Source of the DNA: Reclinomonas americana ATCC 50394 | Lineage: Eukaryota | Assembly (NCBI GenBank): GCA_048213135.1 | Contig: PS015322.1 | Coordinates: 8,172 to 53,062 of the forward strand | Direction of reading: 5' to 3' | DNA length: 44,891 bases | Shown: positions 11,036 to 23,733 of the stretch, in pieces | Layout: each line of letters begins with the position of its first letter | Position numbering within the stretch: the first letter of the stretch is position 1 | Program-made: the position numbers and the translations under genes | Notes under the pieces: model-generated | Seen by the model: only the letters and a program-made list of their open reading frames with translations | Told to the model about the DNA's origin: nothing | The model's database searches: none

Positions 11036-14000
11036 CTCTCTCCTCTCTCTCCTCTCTCTCTCTCTCTCTCCTCTCCTCTCCTCTCCTCTCTCCTCTCTCT
11101 CTCTCCTCCTCTCCTCTCCTCTCCTCTCCTCTCCTCTCCTCTCCTCTCCTCTCCTCTCCTCTCCTCTCCTCTCCTCTCCTCTCCTCTCCTCATTCCTCTC
11201 CTCTCCTCTCCTCTCCTCCCTCTCTTCTTACCGCTGCGTATGTGCACAGCATTCTCCCAACCGGCCAGTGCAAGTACGTCCATGAATAATACCTTGCCTT
11301 TCCATCTATCATCATCACTCATTCTGTTTCTTCTTGTTGTGCAGGCGATCAAGGTCACAATGCATCGGCAGCCGCCGATCACAATCCCTTCATGAGTCCC
11401 TACGCGTCCAGTCGCTGCGTACCATGTTCTGCTTGATTTTGCTTGCACCTCCCGCATTCACTCACTATTCCCAATGCCACAGTTGGCCTGGGGCAGTCGG
11501 CAGGTGCACCGCCAGTCGGTTGCGTTGACAGACACTTTGGCACGAGAGGTTGTTGCGTGTGCTCATGATCTCGCTTCTCGTTTTCCAGGCAACAATTATC
11601 CACCGCCGCCGAGCCAGACTTTCCCCGACTACACTGCTGCTGCTCAACAACCTGCCTCCGTGTCCTTCCAGCTCCCACCAGCAGATTTCGGTGGTGCGCC
11701 GCCGTCGCAGTACTATGGCGCTCCGATGGAACCGTTGCGTCTGCGGTCCACCCACTCACGGATTCTTTCCATGTTTGTTGAACGTCTGTCTCACCCCCCT
11801 CGGCTCAGTTTGCAGCGCACGCCGTCGGGGCTCAATTTCGTGCCGACAGCGCCGACGCCCTCGGATGCACTCACGGCGGCCACATCAACCCTCGGTGCCG
11901 TAATGTCGCAGCTGCCGAGTCCTCGTTGCGTTGCGCACCACCAGCTTGTACTTGTGCTCTCATCCCATCTCAACTATGGTTTCTCCAGGTCGGTGGACTC
12001 CGCGCGTCACTGCAGCCGAACCGGAAGAAGTCTCTGATGTTGAGATCGCGACTGAAGAGATTGACGACCCGACACCGGCAGCAACTCCGCAGTACGCTCC
12101 GTCGCCTCGTGTCGCCACACCGACGCGGGTGAGTGTGTGTGGTGCTGCTGCAGTCATGTGCCCGACACTTGCGGTTGTGGGCTCATGCGGTGTGCAGGTG
12201 GAGATGCCGGAATCGTCGCTGCCTCGTCCAATGTCCGGACAAAGCGCCGGATTCAGCTCTGTCCGGCACACAGAGTCCGCCCAGCAACGTTTCGTGGCTT
12301 TCACCGTCGCTCTCGCACCTGTGGCTGACTGATACTATTCCTTCTTGTTTCGTGTATCAGCTCTCAGCTATGCTCCTCCGCCCGCCGCCTCGGCCTTTGC
12401 TGCGCGCAGTGGAAGTGGTGAGAATCGCCTTCTGTGTGTGTGTGGGCTGTTGTCTATCGCGTCCGCCTATTCACTGTTGGCTGCGCAGGCGAGTTTTCCG
12501 TGAGCTCGTTGGATGCCGCTCCGAAATGTGCGTGCATCTCTTCTTCCTTGTTTTCTTGCACTTCTCGTCCATTGCGCTTATGTTTCCCTTCAGCTGTTTC
12601 ATTCGTCAATGGCAATGATGTTGGTCGGAGTGGTACGGAAAAACATACCTGCTCCCGCTTCTGTGTGTCACTCTCTGACTTGTGTTCCCATTGCAGGCTC
12701 GCCCTACACTAGCATCTTTGCGGTAAGTGTCCGCCTTTTTCAATCCCACTTTCTCTCTTCCTCACGTATTCTGTTCGACACCACAGCAGCAGCCGTCGTC
12801 ACCACGATCGTACACCGACGAGTACTTCCGCAAGGAGCTGGAGTCGCGCTACCAGGCGATCAAATCCGGGTCGTCCGCGCCCTCGTCCCTGTCGTCCATT
12901 CCTCCGCCTGCGACGCAGGTGCTGGAGAGCAGCAGTCCACGCCGCGCTGCCCCGTTGCCAGTGTCGCCTCGCAGTGTTGGAGTGGACTTGCGTTCGCCGG
13001 TGATTTCCGCACCGCGGCCTTCGTCGCTGTCTCCGAGGGTACGTCTTTTGTGACAAATAGAGTGAGAGAAAGAGAGAGAGAGGAAAGTGAGAATGAGAAG
13101 GGGAGAGAGAGGGGGAAAGAGAGAGAGAGAAAGAGAAAGAGAGAATCATAGGGATAGAGAAATAGAGAGGGAAAGAGAGAGGGAAAGAGAGAGGGGGTAA
13201 GAGAAAGAGAGAAAAAAGGAGAGGAGAGACGGAAAGATGTACAGAGAGAAAGAGAAAGAGAGAGAGGGGGGAAAGAGAAAGAGAGAAAAAGAGAGGAGAG
13301 GAGCGCGGGAGAGAGTCAGAGGGAAGGAGAGAAAGAGAGAAAGAGCATTTTTTGCTCATCTCGGTTGCATTCATTTTCTCAGCCGCTCTACGAGCAGCCA
13401 ATGTCGGCACTGGCACCGCCCTCGGCCAAGATCTCGCCGACCGCGCTGCCCGTTTCCTCCCCACGAATGTCTGCCGCGACGGCGGAATTGCCAAGACCGT
13501 CTGTTGCGTGCTGTCTACACCCATACAATTCTGTCCTTCATGTGTGCTCATTCCCACCCCCTGTTGCAGGTCTCCCCGACCAAGGTCTCCTTCCCCGCTC
13601 GTGTCTCGTCTCGGTACTGGCGATGCTCACTAACATGTGTGAGAACAGCCGTCTGTGTTTCTGCAGCCTTCACCATTTGACAAGGACGCACGGACGCGCG
13701 CCGTGTATGCCGAGACCTTGGCACTCCAGCGACAGGTTTGTGGCAGCCGCATATCATCGTCGGTTCCGTTTGACTTGCTGCTGATCATCCCGTGTCTGTA
13801 GCTGGAGGACCGTATCCGCTTGATGGTGGCTTCATCGTCGCCTCCGGTGGCGCCGGTGCCCACCAAGTCACCCGTGTCACCCATTGCAAGTGGGGGTGCA
13901 ATTGGCACAGTTTCGTTCGTTTTGTGTTTCGTGATCATGTGAATGTGAGAGCTGAGTGAGACTCTTACCGCGAGCAGCTCACTGGCACTCATGTGGGTGA

Positions 14001-14615
14001 CGTGTCTCTTTCGTTGGTTGGTTGTGTGTGCGTGTGTGCGCGCGGCAGTCAATCATGTGCTGACTGTGCCTTCTGCAGAGTCCCCTCCGCAAGCGCGATG
14101 CGTACAACGAGGCGCTTCGCGTTCAGGAGCAGGTCCGTTTTCTGTTCGTTTTCAAGAGCGTGCTCTATCATTTTCTCACTCTGTCATCGGGAACAGGTGG
14201 AGGAGCGAATCCGATCCGCTGAGCGCCTCGCCGCTCGCGGACCGCAAAGCCCATTGGTCGCTGATTCGCGCAGTCCGGAGATGCGGGGAGTTGCGTGGAA
14301 AGGCGGCAGTGATTATCGCGCAATGTTGATGTGCTCACTTGGTGCCTCTTCAGATTCACCGCCTGGACATGGATGCGGAGCGCCTGCGACTCGAGTTGCA
14401 GCTGAAGCGGTTGGACGAGGAGAATCAAGTTCGCTCCTCGACCGATTACACCTCCAAGTGTTGCGGAGGGGAATGGGGGAAGAGGGACAGGGGGAAAGTG
14501 AGGGGAAGGGAATTTGAGAGAGTAAGACGTATTGAGCTGTATTGGCAGAAATATAAGAGTTTGTTGAGAGGTAGAGAGACAGACAAACAGATATGTGCAC
14601 AGGGAGAGAGAGAGT

Positions 14616-14675
<60 letters not shown>

Positions 14676-16301
14676 GAGGAGAGAGAGNNNNNNNNNNNNN
14701 NNNNNNNNNNNNNNNNNNNNNNNNNNNNNNNNNNNNNNNNNNNNNNNNNNNNNNNNNNNNNNNNNNNNNNNNNNNNNNNAGAGAGAGAGAGAGGTGGAAA
14801 GGGAGAGATGCAGTCGGATGGATAGACTGGCAAGCTGTCTGGGGATCGGTGGATCAAGAGTAGAGATGGTTGGAAAGGACATTTGAAAGCATGGGTGTGT
14901 TTGAAACCGAAAGAGGGGGAGGCTGAGTGATACGCAGGAACGACAACTGAGGGTGTAAGAGAGGAAAAGTGAATGCGAGAACGGGACAGGCGTGAAAAGT
15001 CAGTGTGCGTGCGTGTGAGACACGAGAGAAATGACTGGAGGGGCAGGCAGGTAGTTTAAGTTGACGCAGTGGCTTCCTGACGGATCTCAGGCATGCTGAG
15101 TGAGTGTGAGGGACACGAATGACAGAGTAACTGGCGGACTGACAGACAGAAAGATGCTGAGAATGCGATGGGCAGCCAAGGAAAGGAAGAGTCACTGGCG
15201 GTCTGGGAGTCCGAAAATTGCCAATAAGCGTGCTCTGAAAATAACGATTGCGCAATATAATTACACAAGCGCGCTCTCTTCTCATACTGCCACTTCACAG
15301 ACCTTGCTAAATTGGATCAGTTGGAGCTGGAGGGCCGATCCTCGAGTCCCGAGGTCAGTCTGTCATTTCTAGAAAACTCGCCTTTTTCCAGTCCCCCTCA
15401 ATTACCTCCCCAATCAGGCCGGCTACCTAGAGGACGCCACGCGTGACATTGGCTACCGCCTGCAGCTGCAAGAGCTGCGCTCCACACGCGACTCCATTGG
15501 GAGGGACCGTGGAATCGAGAAACAACGTGCGCTCTCGCAGCGTGCGCAGGAGGAGGCGGAGGCGCTACGCCAGAAGCAGCTGGAGATTCTGCGCGCCAAG
15601 GAGCTGCAGTATTTGCGGGAGCGGCGCTTGCTGGCGCAGCAGTTTGGCGTGATGGCGCTTGAGCAGCGTCCGGGAGTGGCGCTCGGGAGTGTCAGTGCCA
15701 AGGATCCGACGTTTGTGGAGAGTGAGGTGAGCGGAGTGGGAAGGAGAGAGTGAGATGGGGAAAGGGAGAGGCTTGGCTGTTGTTTTACTGTTGCATGTTG
15801 CGCTCACTCCATCTCCTCTCCCTCTGCAGGCACACCGCCTCGCTGTGGAATTTCAGCATCTGCGTGATCGCTCACTGGATACGGTGGAGAGCACCGAGTC
15901 ATTCCTGCAGAATCACCAGGTGCGCGATGTTTATCAGTATTCTCGATGTTCACTCGCTCAACCAACCATGCAGCTGGATCAAGTGCGGCACGAAGAGCGG
16001 CAGCGCGACTTTGAGACGCAGCTCCGACTCGCCGAATTGGAGCGGCTGCAGAGTCGGCAGCGATTGGAGGGCAAGATGCGACAAGCGGTGTGTTGAGGGG
16101 AAGAGAGCAATTCAATCCCTTCCCAGTTTCCTCACCACTCCTCCCGTTCAGTACGCCATTGTGGAAAAGGAGGAGAGCGAGCGCCTGCGCCTTCACCACC
16201 AGCTGCAACAGGAGGAGCTGCAAGAGCGCGAGGAGGCCAACCGGCGTCACCGGTTGATTGATCACGATATTTTCATGCAGGGAGCGCGCGAGTTTTATTG
16301 A
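7393..16301 (+). CDS. Degenerate RhoGAP-like + SH3 domain protein with long Pro/Ser-rich linker and C-terminal coiled coil (about 25-30 exons)
   Basis: RhoGAP-like helices DSTIVMAVLTQWL and CLRTLFAYLSTVG...LTTTDIAA|VIGPAVL. SH3 HRALFSFAGSTGDELTVQAGQLVN|VIQAEGNGWAFG...GYLPQSYLE (8400-8650). An unbroken chain of frame-consistent splices runs from 8014 to the TGA at 16299-16301. The start is uncertain (7393, or an upstream ATG at 7198) and the 7444-8013 linkage is unresolved. Confidence 0.8.
9280..9730. repeat. Degenerate intronic minisatellite (ctcgcactgtgctccattcgactctctg / ctcgctgtgctc units)
   Basis: Units recur at about 9285, 9456 and 9580. Confidence 0.75.
10730..11215. repeat. (CCTCT)n/(CT)n intronic microsatellite containing an assembly gap
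   Basis: Directly visible. Confidence 0.95.
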
Positions 16302-16422
16302 GGCAACGCACGATTTTTTGCACAATGTGACATGTATGTACCAAGGTGACGAGTATTATTATTGCGTGGGAGTGCGCTGGAAAAAGTTGGAGATGGAGGC
16401 AGAAGCGGCGGCTGAGTTGCCG

Positions 16423-18993
16423 CTACTGCTGGAGTTGCGTCGTCTGTGCAAGAAAGTGAGAAAGGGTAGAGTGATGAGACAGCAGCCGTCGGCGCAACTT
16501 GGCAGGTTGTTCTGGGTGCAGGGGACGCGAAGCTGGTCTCTTGCGTGTCGTGCTTGCCGCCTCGCCAGTGCACTTGTCCATGTGCGTGTTGAGCAGGAGA
16601 AGGGCGGCGTTCTTGTCAACGCCTTCGCACGTGCCGTGGCACATTGGGCACACCAATTGTACACCAGTGCACAGCACGCTCGGTTGCTTTGTGCGCGGTG
16701 GCGACTGTCACCATCGAATGAGTGGGTAATCTCTGACTGAGCACAGCAGAGACCGAGGAGTGTGAGCTGTTGTTGCACGCAACTCGCGGGCGAGGGGCGG
16801 GCCGGCTAAGCATCATGCAGTGGCGATCGAGATGTTCGTTAAGCGCCAGGGCGGCAGCTGTCTTATTGATGCTCTCGACGACGAAGCCACAGGTGGGGCA
16901 TTGGAGGGTGGCGCCTCGAGCCATGAGGGCAGACTGAGAGGGCGAGGGGAGAGGGGAAGAGTGAGACTGCAAGCAAAACAATAATCAGACCCTCGTACCC
17001 AGACACTGATGCTCAGGAAGTGAACATGCTACCTGAGTCTCAATGCAAGTGTCTCACTCTTCGAGGTATTTCAAATTCTCTCNNNNNNNNNNNNNNNNNN
17101 NNNNNNNNNNNNNNNNNNNNNNNNNNNNNNNNNNNNNNNNNNNNNNNNNNNNNNNNNNNNNNNNNNNNNNNNNNNNNNNNNNNNNNNNNNNNNNNNNNNN
17201 NNNNNNNNNNNNNNNNNNNNNNNNNNNNNNNNNNNNNNNNNNNNNNNNNNNNNNNNNNNNNNNNNNNNNNNNNNNNNNNNNNNNNNNNNNNNNNNNNNNN
17301 NNNNNNNNNNNNNNNNNNNNNNNNNNNNNNNNNNNNNNNNNNNNNNNNNNNNNNNNNNNNNNNNNNNNNNNNNNNNNNNNNNNNNNNNNNNNNNNNNNNN
17401 NNNNNNNNNNNNNNNNNNNNNNNNNNNNNNNNNNNNNNNGATGAGGTGAGTGTGAATGATGGAAGAGACTGCGTGCGATCGTGTGATCTCTCACCTGCAC
17501 GCGCTCCAGCCCGCTGATGCGCACGCCCACCAGGCGGATTTTGCCGTGCATGTGCTTGTGCACCAGGCTCTCCACGATGGGGAAGATCTGAATAGGGAAA
17601 GAGTGGGAGAAGGGACAGGGGGGAGTGAGAAGGGGGAAGCGAGAAGGGTGGGGTGGAAAGAAAGCTTGCATGTAAAGTAGTCGGACTCTTCTCATCTCTT
17701 ATTCGTGATTCTCTAAGCCAGAGGGACAGGAAAGAACGGGAAAGAGAACAGACAGTGGTTGGTGCACAAGGAGAACTCAGTGCTCCCTCTTTCAATCTCT
17801 TTCTCTCTCCACTCAGTAGTCGGACTCTTCTCATCTCTGATTCGTGATTCTCTAAGCCAGAGGGACATGAAAGAACGGAAAAGAGAACAAACAGTGCGTT
17901 GGTGCACAAGGAGAACACAGTGCTCCCTCTTTCAATCTCTTTCTCTCTCCACTCTCCTTTCTCAGGGGAAACTGGCGAACGAGAGAAAGTGCATGCTGTG
18001 CTCGTCAAGTACCATCTGACATGCTATCTTGTGTACACATGCTGCTTCTCGCCCACTCATTGTCATGCCGAGAGAGAATGCAATTGAGTGCATCAAGTGT
18101 GAAACCAAGAAAAAATGCCGCACCTCTCTCGCCAGCCGAATGGGAGCCGGAACGGAGACGGCTCGAGTGGTAATCTGCACACAGCCAGAATCAGTAGGCT
18201 GCCTTCATCATTCTACCCTTGAAACGCACACCTGAAAGTTGGTTGTCTTCAACTTGAGCGTGATTGTTCTTCCGCGCCGCTGACCCCGTGCGAGATCCTG
18301 TTCCAGTTCCTCGCACATCTGTGTCCACAGAAACGGGCATTCAGTCAGCGCGTAAAAATACTCGCCGATTGTGGCACGTACCGTCTGCACACGATCGATA
18401 ATATCGTCGACATTGTCGGTGCCCATAAACGTGGACTCGGTGGAGTAGCTCTTGCGCTCGGCCGGCGGTCTGCACACGGCCCTTCATCAGTCATGAAGAC
18501 AACTCGAAAAAACACTCCAACTCTCGCAACGCACCCTTCGCGAATGTTGCGCGACAACCCGATGCTCTTGCGCAACAAGAAATGACTGGTCATGTCGCGA
18601 AACACCAGCAGCAGGAGCGCACGTTGTGCAATCAGGTCGCCCAGCGTGTGACAATCGAGAAATGTCAGCAGTCGCTCGGTCACCTGCATTGAGTTGAGCA
18701 GGCAGGCAGGCGTGGTGCGCCTGAGGAGCGGATGCAGTATACCTTGCCAATGCCCGGAATCTTGCGAGTGGGCAGCGGTCGCATGTAGGCCTCAATGGCG
18801 TCGGCATCGAACGGCAGCATGAACTGGCCGTTGGGCTTGTTGACGTTGCTGGCGACCTTGGCAAGCATGCGCTGCGCGCAGGCAAGAGAATGGCTATGAG
18901 GCGTGGAGGGCAAAGACGAAGGGAGACAAGAAGCAGTGAAAGATTATACAGAGAAACAAGGAGAGGGAGAGGGAGAGAAACAAGGAAAGAAAA

Positions 18994-19031
<38 letters not shown>

Positions 19032-22000
19032 CAAGACAGAGGGATCTCTCTCTCTCTATCGCGTCGCAACATTGGGGCCGATACCGATGCTGGCGGTGAG
19101 TCGGGTTTCCCTGCAGAACGCGGTCAATGGAGAAGCGCGTGTCATCAACAGCAGTATGCACGAGGTAACGCACGCTTCAATCTCCTGTCGGATGCGGGAG
19201 GCGAGGTCGGCGCGGGAGAGGTTGCGGTGGGCACTCCTGGAGGGACGACGGTGAGAAGGGAGACGAGGGAGAGAAGGAGCAGGAGGGAAAGAAGAAGTGA
19301 ACACAGAGAGACTCTCTGACTGGAGGAGGGNNNNNNNNNNNNNNNNNNNNNNNNNNNNNNNNNNNNNNNNNNNNNNNNNNNNNNNNNNNNNNNNNNNNNN
19401 NNNNNNNNNNNNNNNNNNNNNNNNNNNNNNNNNNNNNNNNNNNNNNNNNNNNNNNNNNNNNNNNNNNNNNNNNNNNNNNNNNNNNNNNNNNNNNNNNNNN
19501 NNNNNNNNNNNNNNNNNNNNNNNNNNNNNNNNNNNNNNNNNNNNNNNNNNNNNNNNNNNNNNNNNNNNNNNNNNNNNNNNNNNNNNNNNNNNNNNNNNNN
19601 NNNNNNNNNNNNNNNNNNNNNNNNNNNNNNNNNNNNNNNNNNNNNNNNNNNNNNNNNNNNNNNNNNNNNNNNNNNNNNNNNNNNNNNNNNNNNNNNNNNN
19701 NNNNNNNNNNNNNNNNNNNNNNNNNNNNNNNNNNNNNNNNNNNNNNNNNNNNNNNNNNNNNNNNNNNNNNNNNNNNNNNNNNNNNNNNNNNNNNNNNNNN
19801 NNNNNNNNNNNNNNNNNNNNNNNNNNNNNNNNNNNNNNNNNNNNNNNNNNNNNNNNNNNNNNNNNNNNNNNNNNNNNNNNNNNNNNNNNNNNNNNNNNNN
19901 NNNNNNNNNNNNNNNNNNNNNNNNNNNNNNNNNNNNNNNNNNNNNNNNNNNNNNNNNNNNNNNNNNNNNNNNNNNNNNNNNNNNNNNNNNNNNNNNNNNN
20001 NNNNNNNNNNNNNNNNNNNNNNNNNNNNNNNNNNNNNNNNNNNNNNNNNNNNNNNNNNNNNNNNNNNNNNNNNNNNNNNNNNNNNNNNNNNNNNNNNNNN
20101 NNNNNNNNNNNNNNNNNNNNNNNGGCAGTGAAAAGGGAGGACGTGGAATAGAAGAGCAGGAGGGAAAGAAGAGGAGCAGAATCGGGAGGAGTACGAGATA
20201 AGACAGAGAGACTCTCTGGCTGGAGGAGGGCAGGAGACAGCAGTAGACAGCGAAGACAACGGGGGAAGACGAGGAAGAGAAGGAGAAGGAGCAGGAGGGA
20301 AAGAAGAGGAGCGGAATCGGGAGGAGTGCAAAAGAGAACACACAGAGCATACATGACTGGAGGAAGAAGAGGATTTAAAAGGACAGGACAGGAGGCAGCA
20401 GTAGGTAGTGAAGACGAAGGGGAGAAGAGGCTTGAGGAGAAGCTGAAGGAAAAGAAAAATATCTCGTAAAAATGAATGCCACGCGACATGTGCTTGTCAG
20501 GCAACCACTCCTTCTGGTTCCACTCACAAGTAGTCCGTGACATCGAGGTACGCCTCGTCCAGCGAGGCCATTTCAAAATCTGTCACGCAATAGGTCAGTC
20601 GTCGAACAGAAAACAACACCGCGACCATCACATCAGCGCACTGGGATCGTATCGTGCAAGAATCGGCCGAATCTCGCGACTGGCCGCCGTGTACCTGCTC
20701 GCCACAGTCAGACTCACGCAATGCTGGACCGGCTGCTGCTGTTGACGGCACGCAACTTGGAGAAACTCGGCTTGATGAGCTTGAGCTCGGGGCACAATTT
20801 GAGACCGATGAAGCCAGGCATCGCGGAGCGCACGCCCTTCAGTCGCGCCTCGTAGCTGCTCGTGCACAACATGCCCATACCGCCGACGGCCACAGGCAAG
20901 CCTCGCAGTTCGGGTCGATCGCGGAGTTCCTGCGGGTCGGGGCGGGTCGGGGAAGGATGAGAGTGAGGGGGAGGGACGGAGAAGGTGGGCGTTGCCTGCA
21001 TACCACGGCCACTGCGATGAAATGCACAAGAGTCAGTCACCAGCATGAGTGGCGGGGAAGGAGAGAGAGAGAGAGAGAGAGACCAGAGGAGAGAGAGAGA
21101 GAGAAGAGGAGCTCCACAACTCGCGCGCTCTGATAGCTTCTTCTTCCTTATTGCTGCTGTTCGTGTTGGTGGTGGTGTCATTGTTCCTTCTCCTTCATGC
21201 TTCTTCCTCTGCTTCTTGTTTCTCGAGGTGGGGCTACTGCTGCTGTTGTCCCAGTTGTTGTTGGTAGTGATAATATGACAACGGTCTTCTTCCCTCTTCA
21301 TGCTCTTGCTCTCGTTCTTCTTGTTCTTCTTCGCCTTCTTCTCCTTCTACTTCTCTCGTCTTCCCCTGCTCCTCCTCCTCCTCCTCCTTCTTCAATCGGG
21401 CTCTCCTCGTGCGAGGCGGATCTACAAGATGAATCAATCTTTGGGACTCTTCCCGCCACATACTCAGTGCGGATCCATCACATACTGGCGAGGGACTTGC
21501 TCTCCTATTCCTCACTGCTTCTCCTCTGGTTCTTTTTCTTTCCATTTCTAATTCTCTTCCTCCTCCTCCTCCCCCTCCTCCTTCTTCTTCTTCAACCGGG
21601 ATCTCCTCGTGCGAGGCGGATCAAGATGAATCAATCTATGGGAAGATACTCATTGCAAATCCACCACATACNNNNNNNNNNNNNNNNNNNNNNNNNNNNN
21701 NNNNNNNNNNNNNNNNNNNNNNNNNNNNNNNNNNNNNNNNNNNNNNNNNNNNNNNNNNNNNNNNNNNNNNNNNNNNNNNNNNNNNNNNNNNNNNNNNNNN
21801 NNNNNNNNNNNNNNNNNNNNNNNNNNNNNNNNNNNNNNNNNNNNNNNNNNNNNNNNNNNNNNNNNNNNNNNNNNNNNNNNNNNNNNNNNNNNNNNNNNNN
21901 NNNNNNNNNNNNNNNNNNNNNNNNNNNNNNNNNNNNNNNNNNNNNNNNNNNNNNNNNNNNNNNNNNNNNNNNNNNNNNNNNNNNNNNNNNNNNNNNNNNN

Positions 22001-22457
22001 NNNNNNNNNNNNNNNNNNNNNNNNNNNNNNNNNNNNNNNNNNNNNGAGATGGAGGAAGAGGAGAGGGAGAGAAGGAGGGAGAGAAGGGGGAAAGAGAGGA
22101 ACAGGAAGAGGGAAAGGGAGAAGGAGAGGAAGAAGGAGAGGGTGAGGGAGAAGAGAAGGAGAGGGAGAAGAGAAGAAGTAGAAGATGGAGAGAGGATGAG
22201 ACAGGTCATGAGTGAGTGAGAGTGCGACCAACAGGAGAGAGACTGAGAGAATGAGAGAGTGAGAGAGAGAGAGAGAGAGAAGGATGAGAGGCGAATGAGA
22301 GTGAGAGAGTGAGCATCTGGGGCCTCTTAATGTGCGAGAATGAGGGGAGAAAAGCTCGAGTTGAAGTGCGACTCTCAGTGTGCGTGTGAGAGTGAGAGTG
22401 AGAGTGACCTGTGGGAGTTGGAGGTCTTCCTGTCTCCTGTTCATGAGAGCCTTGCAT
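16423..22457 (-). CDS. POLK: DNA polymerase kappa (Y-family, DinB) with two UBZ zinc fingers and a C-terminal PIP-like box; 5' exons partly hidden in gaps
   Basis: ELRDRPELRGLPVAVGGMGMLCTSSYEARLKGVRSAMPGFIGLKLCPEL, FEMASLDEAYLDVT, LTASIGIGPN|RMLAKVASNVNKPNGQ, IPGIGK|VT, ERKSYSTESTF, RTITLKLKTTNF, IRLVGVRISGL. UBZ CPTC..NEHLDRHC and CPMC..NTHMDKC; TLSHFL near the C-terminus. Well supported for 16423-21011; the first exon (ATG 22457) is a guess. Confidence 0.93.
17676..17954. repeat. Two tandem 139-bp copies inside a POLK intron
   Basis: agtagtcggactcttctcatctc…ggtgcacaaggagaac…ctctccactc starts at 17676 and again at 17815. Confidence 0.9.
21385..21660. repeat. Diverged tandem duplication in a POLK intron
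   Basis: cttcttcaa.cggg.tctcctcgtgcgaggcggatc…aagatgaatcaatct at about 21387 and 21587. Confidence 0.8.
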
Positions 22458-22540
22458 TTATCTCTTCAACGCACTCTCTGTGAGAGAGAGAGAACAAGAA
22501 AGAAAGAAAATGGGAGGAATGCGTGTGGTGCGCGCTCAAT

Positions 22541-22565
22541 CACGTGTTGCGGGAAAATGACGTCA
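22541..22565. promoter_or_regulatory. Compact motif cluster: E-box CACGTG, E2F-type TTTCCCGC (minus strand), CRE TGACGTCA
   Basis: cacgtg (22541-46), gcgggaaa (22549-56) and tgacgtca (22558-65) lie within 25 bp, upstream of the POLK transcription direction. Confidence 0.45.
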
Positions 22566-22659
22566 CCGCACACAGGACAACTCATGACTTCCGTCTCGCA
22601 TTATTGGAGAGGGCTGGAGATTCACAGCAACAACTCTGCCCTTTCGTGTTGCAACGCTC

Positions 22660-23015
22660 CCCTGAGCCGAGAAAGAGGAGCTGACGATGCCGACAAACTC
22701 TCGAGCGACCTCCTCATGGCTGCATTTCCTTGCATTATCAGCCCTTCCTTGACTGCCTGACCCTCTCTCCAGCATTCCCCCACTGGCTGTACAATCACAG
22801 TAAAACACTTCACCCTTCGCTCCACTGAGCCGAGAAAGAGGACTAACTTGCTCCTGGCTGCCTCTCCTGCAGAATAACAGGAAACAATTCCGCCCATCCG
22901 TGCGGCATCAATCCCCTGCGCCAAGAAAGAGGAGATGACGAAGCATCGACGAGCTCTTCCTGGCCAACCACTCCACCCTTCCCTGCCTGCATCTCCCTGC
23001 AGAAAATCAGCGTAA
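22660..23015. repeat. Three diverged tandem copies (ctgagccgagaaagagga…ctgc…cctgcagaa) between pICln and POLK
   Basis: Core motif at about 22662, 22825 and 22915. Confidence 0.65.
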
Positions 23016-23064
23016 TCTACTCCTCCTCGCCTGGCTACACTTCCCCTTCACCTTTCCCCCAATT

Positions 23065-23643
23065 TCAATCCTCCTCTGCATCCTCAAACCGCCCCTCCTC
23101 ATCGTCATCATCACCATCCTCCGCATCCTCCAACGACAACCCCGGTGCCATTTGCAACATCTGATCATAGTGCGCCAGCCGCTCCTCCGCCGACGCGCCC
23201 TCCCAGAAAAAGTCGCCCTCCCCCGGCAACTCCTCGTCGGGATTCAAACAGGCACCGTGACAAAACGCCGCGTACAACTCGTCCAACGACACCGCCACGG
23301 GCGCCAGTCGCGCCTCCACGTAGCCTCCACTAAACGACAAGTCTGCGCCCTCTTCCTCCTCCTCTTCTCCTGCCTGTTCTGCTTCTTCTTCTCCATCGCC
23401 CGTGGTAATGTGGCAATACAGGGTGGCCTCGGGGAACTCGTCGGACGGAGGCGATACAGCGTGCAAGCCAACGTCGCGGAAGCTGAAGGCGAAGGATACA
23501 GTGGAGTCGCTCGTGCTCAACCAGTACACGAATCTGAGGGAAAGGGAGGGGGTGAGAGAGAGGGAGAGAGAGGGAGTGAGGGAGAGAGGGAGGGGGTGAG
23601 AGACAACTTTCAAGTGGACATGTCACAACACAAACACACACAC

Positions 23644-23733
<90 letters not shown>

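Noticed and set aside
20751-20756. Reading GTTGCG donors as exon-G plus a non-canonical TT intron start
   Set aside because: Ambiguous at this junction, but at 19070, 41912, 43899 and the FN3 introns it would break the reading frame.
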